A DNA stretch of 64,000 bases from positions 12,214,001 to 12,278,000 of the forward strand of contig OU015568.1 in NCBI GenBank assembly GCA_907165135.1, written 5' to 3'. The notes under the pieces were generated by a model, which was not told where the DNA came from, searched no databases, and saw only the letters and a list, made by a program, of their open reading frames with translations. Shown here piece by piece: positions 50,632 through 64,000 of the stretch. The stretch is from Oikopleura dioica (lineage: Eukaryota; Animalia; Chordata). Numbering within the stretch: the first letter of the stretch is position 1; each line of letters opens with the position of its first letter. Made by a program: the position numbers and the translations under genes.

Positions 50632-51571
50632 TTAAAATAAAAACCAATTATCCAAACTTACCGTTCCACCACTTCTCTGACAGTTACTCTTCGTGATCGC
50701 TTCTGGTTTGATTGTAATTGAGCTGACTTCCTCCAAGTATCCATTTTTGTTGGACTGATCACGTGTTAAACAACTTTCAATTCTAGCGCTGCCAGGAGCC
50801 GGGTGAAAATACAAAAACATGCGTATTTCCGGCGTTTGTTTTACTCGCTAATTTTGGTTACCGTATACGAGACCACTGCCAAAAAATATTTCGATGTTCT
50901 GGCTACCGTGACTGTTTATTTTAAACTAGTGTATTAGCTGGTCTTAGTCCGGCCACTAGAGCCTTAGGTAGCAGACCCTTGGTAGACAACACGTGTCGTC
51001 TATCTCAAGATCAATTGTTATCTTTGAATTAAATTTATATCAAGAACAAACTTTAAAATTATTCCTTTCTGTGATTACTATTTTAATTCTAAGATATTAA
51101 TTATCAAATTAAATGAAAGAATTTCAGGTCTTTTTTTTTGTTGAAAAATTTTAACACGGTCCTCATAAATCAGCAATCTATTTCTTGATCCAATTACCAA
51201 TCTGCCGCTTTCCGTTTCTGCCCAGGAGAAGAATTCAATATTGTCAGTTTGAGCCATGTCCAGGCTCATCGGCTCGTCGTTTGGCATTACGCGGTAGAGC
51301 AGCTGGCCCTAGAAAATTGGTCAAAATCGGATCAGTAGTTCTGGGCATGCTTCTGTTGACATTTGACATTCGGCTGGACTGCTGGAGTAAGCGCCGGAAA
51401 AGTTAGCGGACCGCCGCCTTGGCAAAAATTCAGAAAAGTTTCCGGCTTGATCCCCTTAATGCTCCCTTGCTGCTCCAGCTGTCCCCATTCCCGTAAATCG
51501 AGCATAACCCGTTTTACGGCAATAAATCCCACTGGCACCTCAAATTGAGCGCGCTCGGCCGCACAATTCAA
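50632..51571 (-). CDS. Coding-like exons of an unidentified protein (possible beta-propeller/WD-like)
   Basis: Protein-like segments such as DNIEFFSWAETESGRLVIGSRNRLLIYEDR. No full model could be built. Confidence 0.25.
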
Positions 51572-52406
51572 CGCCCCTATAAATCCCCAGGAGTTCCCGA
51601 AATTGCTCCTGGAGAGAGGAGTCGAGGGAAATTGGGGTACCTAAAGACGAAAATTAGGACACTCGCCTCCGGTCAACTAATCATCGAATTTTATTTATTG
51701 ATGTTTACTTTCAAAAGTTCATGTCGAAATTTGACGAATTTCGTTCGAAGTTATCTTTAAAAAAATAAAAACATACCTTGGCTTCTATAAGGAAGCATGA
51801 AAATAATATTCTTCGTAAATTCATTGCTTATTTATTTTTTGTTTTCTGTTTTTTCTTGAAGATTATCGACTTTTTCTTGGATTTTTCTTTGGATTTTGTT
51901 TCTCCCTTCGTTATCAGTACTGAGGTCTCTTTGGTTGTTGTTCTCTGTTTTTATAGAAAAGTGTTTTTACGACATGAAATTGAAGTTGTCCTGCATCAGC
52001 CGAAATCGAGGCGAGCAGATATCGAGATCAGCCGCGGCCAGCGCGCTCACCCGCGAGCGCCGCCCGCTCCAGCGCCGGACCTCAAAAGAACATTTTTTCA
52101 TGCTCCAAAATTTTCTTCTATAAATAGCGAGCATAAAACATTATATATACACCAAATGCATGATATTTTTATATTGATTTTTATCAATGATAACAATCAA
52201 ATTTTGCGACTTGTTTTAGTTAGATAATTGTTCGTAAATAAAGTCATTGTATAACATCTTATTTAGGTCCTTGAAATCATAGAAAATATGCTCAGTAAGA
52301 AATACAGTAAAGAAATTATAGAAAAGATAGACTATCGATCAAAAACTAGACAATTTTATAAGAGGCTCAATCAAGCAGGTGTGATCGGAAGCTATCTTGT
52401 AAGCTC

Positions 52407-53068
52407 TCAAAAAAGCTTCCGAAAGGGAGTTAAAATGAGTTCCCAGAGAGTGACCAGTTTATTTCTCGCTAGGAAGGTGCTTATCTCCTTCGTCGTCCCT
52501 GTGAATGACGCCTTCAGTAACTTCTCACGACACAGGTGTGTTGGTAATCGAGCCTCAACTTGCCGGATAAAGAAGTTCACAGCGATGATTACACAATTAA
52601 TCAAGCACATTCATTCTCAAAGACGGAGGAGAATTCTTTGCAATTTCCCTTTGTATTCAAAACTAGGCTGATTTAAATATGAATGAGCCAAGTTCAAAAT
52701 CCATCTTCGCGTGTTATTGTTCGCCCTTGACAGGTCATTAAGGTTTCCCATATAAAATCATATTTATGATGCGAAATGAAATCCCTGAATTGCGAGTTTT
52801 CCTCGGTGCTTGAGCAAGGAGCAAGACAGTCGCTGGAATTCGAAACACATTCCAGGACACAGGCCGCCCATGAAGAGTCGTGTACAAATAAGCAATAATG
52901 TTGTAGTGATAACAAGAATTGCAAAAAAAGAAGGATGAATCGGAGCAGTAGACGGAAGTTTGTCCATGGGAGATCTCCTATCAACAATGACAAAAACATG
53001 GGCTCATCAAAGAGAGCATGATCGTTGCCTGGAAGACTTTTTTGATAGTTAGTTGACGATGGATTCAA
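52407..53068 (-). CDS. Uncharacterised membrane protein
   Basis: ATG ORF 52694-53068 with a hydrophobic helix (FRLLLRFILLFLQFLLSLQHY) and a Cys cluster; probable further exon IIAVNFFIRQVEARLP. Confidence 0.4.
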
Positions 53069-53653
53069 TTAATCCAATCAAGAAGTTGACTCATCCAACG
53101 TCCCACGAATACTTTTTACTGCTGACTATTATGAGAATTTTCACCCTTCGTCTTGCTCAATAGAAAAACTTCTCTGGAACAGCTGTTCTAGCCAATAAAA
53201 AGCGGAAACAATGCCCGGAAGTTAATCGGACTCCTCTTCTTTGATTAGCTCAAGATTTATATTTACCCAAGTTTAGGAGCGATTTTAGCTGCACAGTGGA
53301 TCAAAAGCGAGCCATCTCAACGAGCCAGAAATGGCAGCACCTGTATCAGCACTGAAATAGTTCATTTGTTTTGCATGCGAAAAACTACGTCGACCTTTTG
53401 GGCGATACCACAAGTGGGCGATAAAGACGAAAATTTTTTGCAGAAAGTACTGTAACTATTTGAAATTCAATTTTATTTTGCCAGGTGTTCAAACTCAACA
53501 ATATAAAAAGCATTTATTGATATTTATGTTCAACGTTCAAGGTCCTAGAATCAATAGACAAATCGAGTAATAAACCCACTAATCCTGGATCAGGAATTTT
53601 AATGAGAGCCAGCTATTACTGGTTATTGTGAGAGGTATTTTATTGAGTGTCAT

Positions 53654-54990
53654 TTAGAGAGCAGTTTCAGTTGGCCGAAGTAGCCCCGAGTCGTCATTTT
53701 CGTCACTGCTTTCTTCCTCGGAGCTTGAATTTTTTCTTTCTTTGCAGTTGCGGCGATCTTTGTCGAATTTGATCGCTCCCAGTCGCCAGGCGTGTATGTT
53801 GAGGAAGGTATAGCGGAGAGCGTTCATTTGGAAAAGGACGAGAGGCGGGTTGAGAATGTTTGCGAGGTAGTACTTCAAAAACTGCTGATATCTAGACTCC
53901 TTATCTGCCTGAAGATTACGCCCAATAAAGATATGAAAATCAAACAGCTCACCTCGTCGAATGAAGTGTAGAAACCGATGATATCGAGAACAGCAGCTTG
54001 AATGCAACAAAAATTGTTGACGATGACCAGAACAGAAAGGGCGACCATGAGCACGTAGCTTTCGAAAAACATGATTGCGCAGTAGACCAAAATCATCAGG
54101 ACTAAAAATTGATGAGTCTCGAAAATCATCCGCCTTTCTTTACCAGAGAAGACAGAAACAATCCTGATCGTGTAGACATCATAGGCAGCTTCAAAATTGG
54201 AGTTGACATACTCGCGATATACTTCAATGCCAATCGAGATCAAAGCTGTGTAAATCAATGGCCTAGAAAATGGACAAGCGTAACAGTTTTTAAAATTACC
54301 AGATTCCATCCCAAGTGAACTCGTCTTTCAGCTTCACGTCATGAAAAAACTCGGTATAAACGTTCTCAGTGCTCTTGAATTCTCCTGTATCGCCCTTTTC
54401 CGAATCCAACCGTGCTCGAAAGCTTCCTGAACAAAAACTAAGATAGGCCTTCAATCGCATTCTGCTATTGAGTCACAAAATTACCTTTTACATGTTCGAT
54501 CAAGCTGTACTCATCAATACTTTCAGGAATGTTACTGCGGAAAGAATCTTCTAGCTTGCTCCGCTAAAACACCCCAATAGAAATCAACGAGGAATAATGC
54601 TTACAGGGGTATCGCCATCGTAGCTTCTCGGAATTCTTGGCCTCTTGAAAAGATCTGAACCCGCTAGATCTGTTTCCCGGGAGGCAATCGACGCATCATC
54701 GTTGTCATGAAGCAGGCTTAATTCGTCTACGTCCTCCTTTTTCCACCGCGACGGAGATCTTCAGAAAAACAAGAAAGGAAACTACCTTCGATTACCTCTT
54801 CCAAATTGTCGTCGTTTTCGGACTGTTCTCTTTATTCTTCCTGCTAAAGCGCCTTGTTACTGTGCCCCTAAGGTTTGGCGTCTCTGATCCGCTAAAATCC
54901 TCTGTACAAATGCTTTCATTCTCACTGAACCTGATTTCACTGCCTTGGAAGGATTTCTCTGCGTCGGACATTTTTTATTTTCGTTTCTCT
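53654..54990 (-). CDS. Uncharacterised multi-pass membrane protein, multi-exon
   Basis: Charged N-terminal exons (SPSRWKKEDVDELSLLHDND; FVQEAFRARLDSEKG..FTWDGIW) splice into hydrophobic segments (PLIYTALISIGI, FLVLMILVYCAIMFFESYVLMVALSVLVIV, LIFISLLGVIF) and an acidic tail. Start not fixed. Confidence 0.5.
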
Positions 54991-55631
54991 CATTTTGAGG
55001 AAAACGATTTTTCTTTGAGATAGATCTAATCTAGAGAGTGGTACAATTTGACGAGATTGGATTTTGAAGCTTTATTTGTTACAAAATGAAAGCGCGGCCG
55101 TATCCTCATCGGTTTTCGGTCAGGTTTTCGTTGTTTTCTTTTTATATTTAACGAATGAAGGGCAGCAAAATGAAGGTGGTGACAGAGTAGTCAAAGTTTA
55201 TACTGTAACGGGGCGGCGGCTATATTGTGGGCGCCACCTGGTGCTTAAAGTTCACCACACATGATGCCTCTCTCTGACGTTTGTGTGTCGAGCGAAACTT
55301 GATTTTTACTTGAACTTGGTCTGAACGATAGTGGGCGCTCCTGTAATTATGATAATAGTAATAATGGAACGCGATGAACTGTCAAATGAGCGACCGCCTG
55401 TCGAGCGAGCGGCCTTCAATTTGTGTAATCTAAAGTTGAAGAGGAAAGTGGGGTAGGCGCCCACAGGGTTCCGCCGAACTGAAATGGGAAAAATAAAAAT
55501 GGGCAGTAGCAGCTTTAGCAGGCACCGCGACTAGGCGAGATTCAGTCAGTCACGGGATTTGGGCTTTCGGACACATGATCAGGTGAGACAATGTGCACAC
55601 AGAGGGTAAACATCGGCTAAGTAAAAATAAA

Positions 55632-58600
55632 CTATTTATTGTTCTTCGGTGGTGCTGCTGGTGGTGGGGCGTAGGTGTTCGATGAGGTTGACGCAGGCGG
55701 GGTCACCGAACGCCTATCGATGCCGGAATCGAATGAAGAGGTGTGATCTGAAACGAGTGGCACTATAGCTGGCGCACTTGAGCATGCCAAAGACCAATCA
55801 GCGGGTAGCAAAGCGTAGCCAACAGAATCATCAAGCCGCGAGCGTGATGACGATTCCGTCAACATTGACGATAACGATTTCGACGAAGCCCAATCTAGCA
55901 CACGAGCGTTGCATTTCTTACGTTTACTTACAATCCCGCGCGTAGCAAAAGCGAAAGCGAGGCGAGAGCAAAAAATCAAATTGAAGCGACTTACCATTTA
56001 TGCCGTTGCCCTCCGACAGCTCGGACGGGTGGCCGCCAACATCGCAGCGGCTTCCAATGTTGCCCGGAAAGTATTCGTGTCTATTTGTTCGCGAATTATG
56101 ATGGCGTATCGCAGCGTGGTGATGCTCGTCTTTACGGCAGCAGTGCCTCTTCAGGATCATCAAAGCGCATACGCAGGAAAGCAGCATCACTACGATCAGT
56201 ACGCCGACTTTGACTACTATGCTCGTCGGTAAAATGGGTGGGTCAGGTTTTGTGGGTGTAGGTTGAGTGTCAAATGTTTTTTCTACGGTAGAAGGCAGCA
56301 CTTGCAGTTTCTGGGTAACAGGCTTCTCAGCCCAGATGCAGGTGTCTTCTAATTTTCCTACGTTTTCGTAGTGTCTTCCAGCACTCCAGTTGCCTATGTA
56401 TTCTGTAAAGATCTGAATGTATAAATAAAGGTACCTTTCAGACCGCTCTCGCCAGCGAGGGCAGGTTCAAGACCCCGGAAGACATATCTTGATCTGTAAC
56501 AGTAGTGACAGCCGTTTCTGTCGTATCCATAATATGTGCTCTGTGATAATTGAGGCTAGAATATTCATTGAAATCAGATTCAAATATATGTTTAATTTAC
56601 CAATTGAAGCAATCCGTTTCCTTTGATCGATTTTTGTCTCGGTGACCAATTGATAAAAGTGTTGATGCATCCGATAAGAGAACCACCGCAATGCGTCGCA
56701 TAACCATCAATACCACCGAAGGATTTGATTTTCTGTGTGACAATACTTGGAAGTCCAATCGGGACCTCACGTCGACTGTTTTCTCGAGTTCCAATGTGAG
56801 TCCTTAGCTCCTCCAACTCATAATCGTCGGCACTATCTTCGAGTGCTCCGTAGAAACTGACTCCGTCAGTACCGAGCCTAGGAAGGACGAAGGTCGTTGT
56901 TGTGTACGACTCTTTGACTTCTTCGAAAGTTTCGATTTCTTCGCACGCATAGTTGTTCCGCATCGGAACGGTTTGAACTTCTAGCTCGCTCTCAATGCCA
57001 AACGCAAGTCGGCGCCCCGAAGAGACGTCGGCAATTGCCAACAAGTCCTGGCTCGGAACCGGCGACAAGACAACTTCTGGCGGCTCAATAGTTTTGACAT
57101 ATTCCATTATGGCATGTTCCTGGCGAATTCCAGCTCTGTCAGGCTCGATCAACACACGCAGACTTTCGGGCGAGTAGATGTCCTCTTCGCCAACGAAAGA
57201 TTGCGTTAGTGAAATCGTCACATCGCTGAACTTCGTCTTGCGACACGTTGCTATTCTCGGTGTGGGATCAACCTTTGAACTTATTGCGCACGTACGAATC
57301 TCGTACTCGATCTCATAAGCGCTAAAGTCGGCATTCTTCCTTGGAGTAAGAGCAACTCTTTCTCGGAATGTGAGTCCATCTTTGTCGGGTGATTCCGTAA
57401 AAGAATACAGACCAAGGTTCACCGTGAAAATTACCGGTCGCACAAGTGCCTGGAAATCGTTATGGAACAATGCTGTTCTTGGGATAGCTTTGATGCTGAA
57501 ACTGTGGACTTCTCGGCGCACTTCAGCCAGATAAGGAGGGATGAAGTAATTCTTCGCGTTAGGATTACTCTTCACAATTTTATCGTTTTCCTGGAGGAAG
57601 TATTTGTTCAGGAAAATTGATAGAATGACAGTTCCACCGACGCTTTCAAACGACACAATGTTAGCTTGAATCGGGACCAAGATTGTACAGCTGAAATCAT
57701 CACCATACAAAAAGCACGTGAGCTCTTTTTCTTGTGCATTCTTCAAATCAATGATCTTTCTACCGCTTTCTCGGCCTTCGTAATCCATCAAAATAAGCTG
57801 TTCTTTTTTGAAATATTTTCGATTGATGTTCCACTTTACTTCAAAATAGTCCCCAGGGTAATCGAGAACTCGAACTTTGACTTCGCTAAATTGAATTTCA
57901 TAAGATGTAATTGTAGCATCGGATTCAATTATTTCCTCAGCGTCTCTTCGCGGCTCCATTTCGTCTAAATAAGGTCCAAATCCATGCTCGTTGAACCCCC
58001 GAGGAAAGGGTTGGATGATTACTCCGCGAGGGATAGGGCCAGCGTAAGAATTTGTTCCTTCGGAAAGTTGAGATAGGAATCGGAGTTTGGGACAATGACG
58101 GCATTGCCCAAAGCGAGCATTTCGCGTGTTTAGATCATTCATCGTAAACACGACTTGAAAACGATTGATGTCAACTGAAGCTAAGTCTTTGATGTCTTGG
58201 GTCGAATATGCGAACTCTGTGCGATCTAAAGCATCACGAACGAGACTCGGTGGCTCAATAAAGTACTTTGGTCGATCTTCTGGCATTTGGATAACATGAG
58301 GCCAGTTGAGGCATTTTCGTTGACCTCGGCCGTCGATGACAGCGAGGAGCGAGCCACTCTCCGTTTGGAGCCTGTTGATCTCGTCGCGCTGCCATGCACA
58401 GACAGTGACTTTGTAAAAGTGACCAGGTATGAGATCGCGAATGATAAGCTGTTGATAACTGGGCGGATGGATGGGTATATCTTTGACAGTGACGACTGTT
58501 GTGTTGTATGGTGCGAGTTCATCGAGGCAGACCTTTTGGTCGAACGCATGGACAGAATAAATAGGTGTTGTTTGCGATGTATTGAATGAGGGCCACCATC

Positions 58601-61600
58601 TGCAGTCGATTGATTCCGAGTTGAGAACTGTACATTGTTTCATCTCAAAGACGCTGAATCTACCATCCGGGGTCTTGGGCAAATATAAATCTCGCGTAAA
58701 CGGATTGGGTTCTTCGTTGATGTCGATCCGTACACTAAAATAACTCGTTGAAAGTCTGATTATTGCGCCAAAATGGGATTTTCCATCCACTAATCATGTC
58801 TCAAAAATATTTTGAATTATCTGCGGTTAACGTTCGTTCATTATTTGGTAGATGCATACGATGGCATTCAGATTTTATATAACAATTAGGAATAACGTGA
58901 TGGCGCCATATTCTAAAGTTAACTTTACCTCTGAGAAATGCGATATTTGTTGTGAGGCGAGGCGTTGACCAACGAGACCTGATACTCACCCGAGTCGTCG
59001 ACATCGGGGAAGAGTATTTCAAGTCTAATGAAGGCATAACACTTTCCCTCTGGTTTGAGGCACGTCTTATCGTCAAGCTCGACAGTGTATTTTCTTCGTC
59101 CGCAGGCGAAAGAAGAAGGACTGCCGTCTTTGACGAACTCCACTTCTTTGAGTAGAGTTTTCTTGTACTCTACGAGCACATCTTCGTACTTCAGTTTCCA
59201 TTTCAATCCACCAGCGCGCATCCTCGAGGTAAGGATATTCTGCCTCACTGACCATGCTGGGGCCAGTTGCAGCTTGGCTACAAGGAGAACATTTGATTTC
59301 GAGTGGTTACTAATTCCATGTACTGAGATCTTCGATGAGTCTTTTTTAAGTTCGCGAATTGTTACTGTTTGTGGTGTAAATTTAACAGTCGTGTCAGAGT
59401 AAAACATAGACGCCGTTTTTGAACTCGTTCTGCGGTCTATCATTGACGTGCAAATTGAGGTATTTTAAACTTTCGATCGCTAGCTGAGAGGCCGGTAAGG
59501 CCTATCTCCGGAGGCAATGAGACCCCCTTTCATTTGTAGCGCGCACTAGAATGCTAAGTGCTAGTTACAGCCTCAACTTTAGAACACGGATTATTAACGA
59601 ACTGTGCCTGATGTCAAATGCTCGATTCGGTGGACATGATCATTGATTGGAATATTCTTTGTTGCTGTTGCAAGCTCGTTCTTCGCCCGGCAGCGGGTGT
59701 ATGGGAAAAGTCGCTGGTTTGGTGTTATTTGCCATCTGCAGACCATTCTGTTCCATTTCGTCCTTTCGCATTTCGGCTTCTGCAGCACGTCGTCTTAAAA
59801 ACTTCTGTTAGAGTAATGTTTTGATTTCTGTGGTTATTAGACTCGAGCAAGACCGTCAACGATATGATGATTGAATGGTGCGAAATCAAGGTTAATGGGT
59901 TTGCTTCCCGCTCTCCCGAGGGGCTCACCCTCTTCCGTGATAATCAACAACAGGGCGAGCGAAATGAATTTCTGACTGGGCAAGTGTAAAGCTACAGACG
60001 GAATATAATATATTTTAATGCGTTTTGAAAAATCTTATCAAGAATTCAGGCGAAACTAAAAAGGGATCGAACTTTGATTAATTGCCTTGTGGCGGGATGG
60101 ACTACAGGCTGTAGTATCTCATGATCGGCTCAATAACACGTGACAGGTGAAGCGCTTGACCTCCCTAGGGCGACAAAGGCCTCGAATGGTCAATGGTAAG
60201 ATTTAATGCGCATTTAGATATCACACTAATTCGTGGATGATCCGCAGCAGGGAGCTACTCTGCGCTCGAGGAAAAACGCGTTGGAGTAGGGGCAATGTCG
60301 ACTCAGCCGTTACACGCGACAAATAAAAATCGACGTCCTGCATGAGCACTTGGACGGGAGCGGAAGCGGCACACGTCGGCTGATCTCATCAGATGAGCCA
60401 CTTTATTGGACCGACCCGCGGTGAGGTGGCTCAAGTTCACGGGTCGGCCCATTGACATATCTACGGACCAGGCCACGTAGCACCACACGGTCCATAGCCC
60501 AGTCCTATAGCCTACTGGCACTGCACCCGCAGGCACCACACCCGCAACAGAGCCCCCCGAAAGTCTTAATGCCGGTTCAACAACTAACATCGCCGCCGCA
60601 TACGCCACTAGAATTTCATGAAATTTTCAAAATGATCTGCCCGAAGACCGGCTGAATCACACAAATCGGCCTCGGCATTTCAAGATCAATTTGGAGACAT
60701 GGACCGGCGTTATATTGCCTTTAGGATTTGATTGTCGTTGACATTCTTACTCGTGGTCACGTCATCGCCACTGCGGGTTATAAACTATTTTAATTTGCCA
60801 CATTGGATCAGAATCATCAACAAAGAAAACGTGTATGAACTTGGGTTAATAAATTATCGGCTAATGAAATTACTCGCATGTTCAATATCCGCTCACGTGA
60901 GAAATAAACTCAGACGAGAAGAGTTAGTACCGAAGGATATAAACTGCAACTATCCGAAAGATACAGTCTCGTTCTTTTTGTTGATTAATTAGAGTGGATT
61001 TGCGACAATCCAAGCATCAAGAAACGGTTGTTATAATCCAATTTGCTCGAAATTGGAAATATTTTTAAATAATTACCTGAATTAGGATGGTGAAGCTCCA
61101 AGATGGGGATCGGGTATCCAGAAGCCTCGCAGTGGAAAATATCCGCATCAGAGTATCCCGATATTATCACTGGTGGTGCTAAAAATAGAGTTGTTAGTTA
61201 GACTTTATGTTATCGATTTTAAACAACTGTAGCCACTAAGTGGGATGAACTCAGAGGCGATGCAGAACTGTCACTGGCGCGAGCGCTTTCTTTGTGTAAG
61301 AGAAATTAAAAATCGATAATACCGTATTGCCACGTAGCCACAAAAGATACAACGGTATAAAAGTCAACTCAAGCTACCTTCATCTTTACATATATTTTAT
61401 CCGAAAATGACTGTTTGTATCGAGTAAGCGATGTAGTTAGGACAAACGCTCATCACTGGACCACATTGGCCAGCGCTCCCCGACGTCCGGGCTACGGAAA
61501 TGAGTTTTCCGCGGAAAATCGCCCAGAACATAAAAAGGCAAAAGTTCATCATCAGAGTTGACAGTTGAGGCAGATAAGTCAATTACCTTTAGGCAGCTCT

Positions 61601-63292
61601 GTGAAGAGCGCGTCCCCCTGTTCGTGATAAGAAAGAGCGGGTGCAGGTGGCTCGAGTGGAAATAGTACGTCCAGCTTCTTCCCGGTGATGATTTCGGCCG
61701 TGTCGATGATTTGGATGTCTTTGTCCTCGCTCGAGAAGGTCGTGTTGAACAATGTTGGCGTGACAGAAGAACTAATAATTTGTCGCTTTAAAATTTCATT
61801 AAAAATTCTTGACTCACGAATAGTAAAAGAAGCCGCCTGCCTTGCAATCAGACGGAAATTGCTCACAAGGTTTCTGTAAAAACATTGTGAGTCGACAGTT
61901 CTGGGGTAAAAGATCGTCGGAGAATGAAAGGAAGCGGACGGAATTGCGGTCGTGTGCTGGGCGAGTCGGTACTCGGTAGTTGAACTTTCGCGTGAATCTA
62001 TTCCCTGCGCAGGAGTCGGGATCTGCGTCCAGAACTAGCTGTAGATCAAATGCTGGTATGATGTTATCAACGCGTGGCCTCGCCACGTCAGCTGAAAATT
62101 ATCGTTAATTTAGAGTCTGTTAAATCGTATTTAAATATGCATCTCTGAAAACACCTCCAAAGGGCGAAATATTCCGTTCAAGAAAAGACTTTTGAACTTT
62201 TTAAATAATTGTAATTGATTCAGTCGTGAATGAAAAAGATACGAATACGAAAAATAATGGTCTGTCTGAGAGTAACCGTGGCGGTGAAATTCAATCCCCG
62301 CAAAGCGCGACCCTATTCATAATCGTATTTTGGCTCTCATGATCAGCCTCCTCAAGTCGAGCTGATAAAATTAATGTCCCAGGGGATGTAGGAGAGAACA
62401 CGGGGGGACTCACGAATTTTCAATTAATTTTGTGATCTACATGCCCTGTGAGGAGCCGACCAATAATTCATTTTCGAGTGTATCTGTTTCATTTTGCCGG
62501 AGTCGCTCTTTCGTAAAATACATGTGTACCTTTGATGAGGATAGTGACAAGCTCGGGCCTGCCACTGTCGCGAGTGAAGAATCGACTGACTTGATTTATT
62601 TGGACTGGGCTGAAAGTATAGAACGTAATTTGCATGCGAATTACTTTTGCGTCCTTACCTAAATGGTACAGTAGCGATAAGATGACTTTCAGCACTCTGA
62701 CAGTCAGATATACTATCGCCAGATTTTGGTCCTTTACAACAGGACCATTGAAGGGCTTCGCGGTAAGTAGGATTTTGGATTTTAAACGCGGCTGATTTCT
62801 ATAATCATTTTATTAAAGGATTTCAAGGCCCCTTGTTTCGAGCTCTTAAAATTCCTTGCTCGGCAATTATGCGTCATTTTCGATCACACAATTAGAAAAT
62901 ACTATCGTGTTTTTCGGCGACTTACTTTATCTACAGTTAGCCGGGAAGTTTGTTTTTGATAATATTTGAAAAGAGAATCTTCTTCTTCAGAATTGCGACC
63001 AATAGGCTTAATTAAAAAATTGCTAGAATAAGTGCTCGCCCGTTGAGAAAAATACCTTGACAAGATCGCAGGGGCCTCTGTACATGAAGCTTGCACGCGA
63101 TTCATCTCCATCCAGGAGAATTGTATCGCCTCTACCGACTGAAAGCTTGTTAGCAAAAGTCGAGACGAAGGAAAGTGTTCTTACTTTTCAGAAGAATAAA
63201 AAGGAAGGGGAGCATATTACTGTGGTTGCGATGAATTCATTCGGAATTATGAGTAAGTTGAGTCTGAGTTTGGGGATTTTCGGGAGCGGCAT
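55632..63292 (-). CDS. Large type I membrane protein with Ig-like and FN3-like domains, no kinase domain seen
   Basis: Ig motifs DIFHCEASGYPIP, YTRCRAKNELATATKNIPI and PDVDDSGEYQVSLVN; FN3-like IRDLIPGHFYKVTVCA; TM VVKVGVLIVVMLLSCVCALMILKRH; S/P-rich tail. Exons above 62100 and the start are tentative. Confidence 0.6.
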
Positions 63293-64000
63293 TTCGGATA
63301 ATTGAATAAATTATTTTGTTTACGCCTGTTCTAAACAAAGCAGTGCTCTCCTCGCTGAGCCGATGTCACTGGTGACATTCGTAAGTAGCTCAGCGCCCGT
63401 CCTCATCCCTCTTTAACAGTCCAAATTTCACCAGGTATACTTGCCAGCCAAGTAAGTAGATACCGAGGGCAAAAAAGGACGTCCCGCCGGGTCTCACAAA
63501 GCGTCGAGTAAAATGCTCCGCGGATACATTTTAGTTGACCCTTTTGAGATAATAGATAGATTAAATACGCCGGCGAGGCTTAGCTCCAATTATTGTACAG
63601 AAAAAAAAACGAAAAACGCTGATACCGGCATAATGACTAAATTATGAGTTGCGTCTTATTCTAGTCAACCCACTTGCTTGTGCCGCGTGTATGAATAAAG
63701 AATATCAAAGGAGAATTTCTCCTAGACGACGATGAAAACATAAATATTCTGAAGCCAAGGTCTGACCATATTTTACGATGATTTTATGAAGTTTGGAAGT
63801 GATTAAAGAATAAATTTGATAGAAAGCTTATTTTGGCGCTCGAAAAAACATGGTTTTCTGGGAGAAAATTTCTACTGAAAAATTGGCGAGGCTATTTTTA
63901 TAAAATTTCGCTGATGAAGGCCGATATGACATCTGCGAGAATGATATTTAAACTGCTAGCGGCAAGATGTCTGTTGACCCAATAGTTCAATATTTTTATG

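Noticed and set aside
56640-56720. HCGGSLIG resembling the trypsin-family CGGSLI motif
   Set aside because: No catalytic His/Asp/Ser motifs (TAAHC, GDSGGP) follow.
59630-59810. Frame KFLRRRAAEAEMRKDE...* suggesting a separate gene ends here
   Set aside because: The overlapping frame gives the Ig C-terminal motif YTRCRAKNELA and splices in phase to the next exon.

Overview
Eukaryotic, gene-dense DNA with very short (mostly 35-50 nt) GT-AG introns and chordate-type genes. By inference this is a larvacean tunicate, most like Oikopleura dioica. Genes recognisable from hand-spliced translations: RGS3 (C2-PDZ-PH-RGS), a PP2A B'' subunit (PPP2R3A/B-like), a Grainyhead-like factor, a secreted FG-GAP/VCBS-repeat protein, CFAP221/PCDP1, an intronless Zic-like zinc-finger gene, a degenerate semaphorin domain gene and a large Ig/FN3 single-pass membrane protein. 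There is also a poly-Thr mucin-like gene and several orphan genes. Most short ORFs in the supplied track are antisense or off-frame shadows of spliced exons. I found no rRNA, tRNA, SL-RNA or CRISPR. Best unexplained signals: (1) two spliced, paralogous single-pass membrane microproteins (99 and 76 aa) that the ORF track misses; (2) an inverted-repeat-flanked ORF with an exact in-frame 54-bp duplication inside a Grainyhead intron; (3) a Sema-domain-only gene nearly abutting a coiled-coil gene (possible operon or fusion); (4) a TAATCC/CACGTG site cluster in the gene-poor first 9 kb; (5) an RFX X-box-like site ahead of CFAP221. All gene models were spliced by eye, and exon edges and starts are approximate unless stated.
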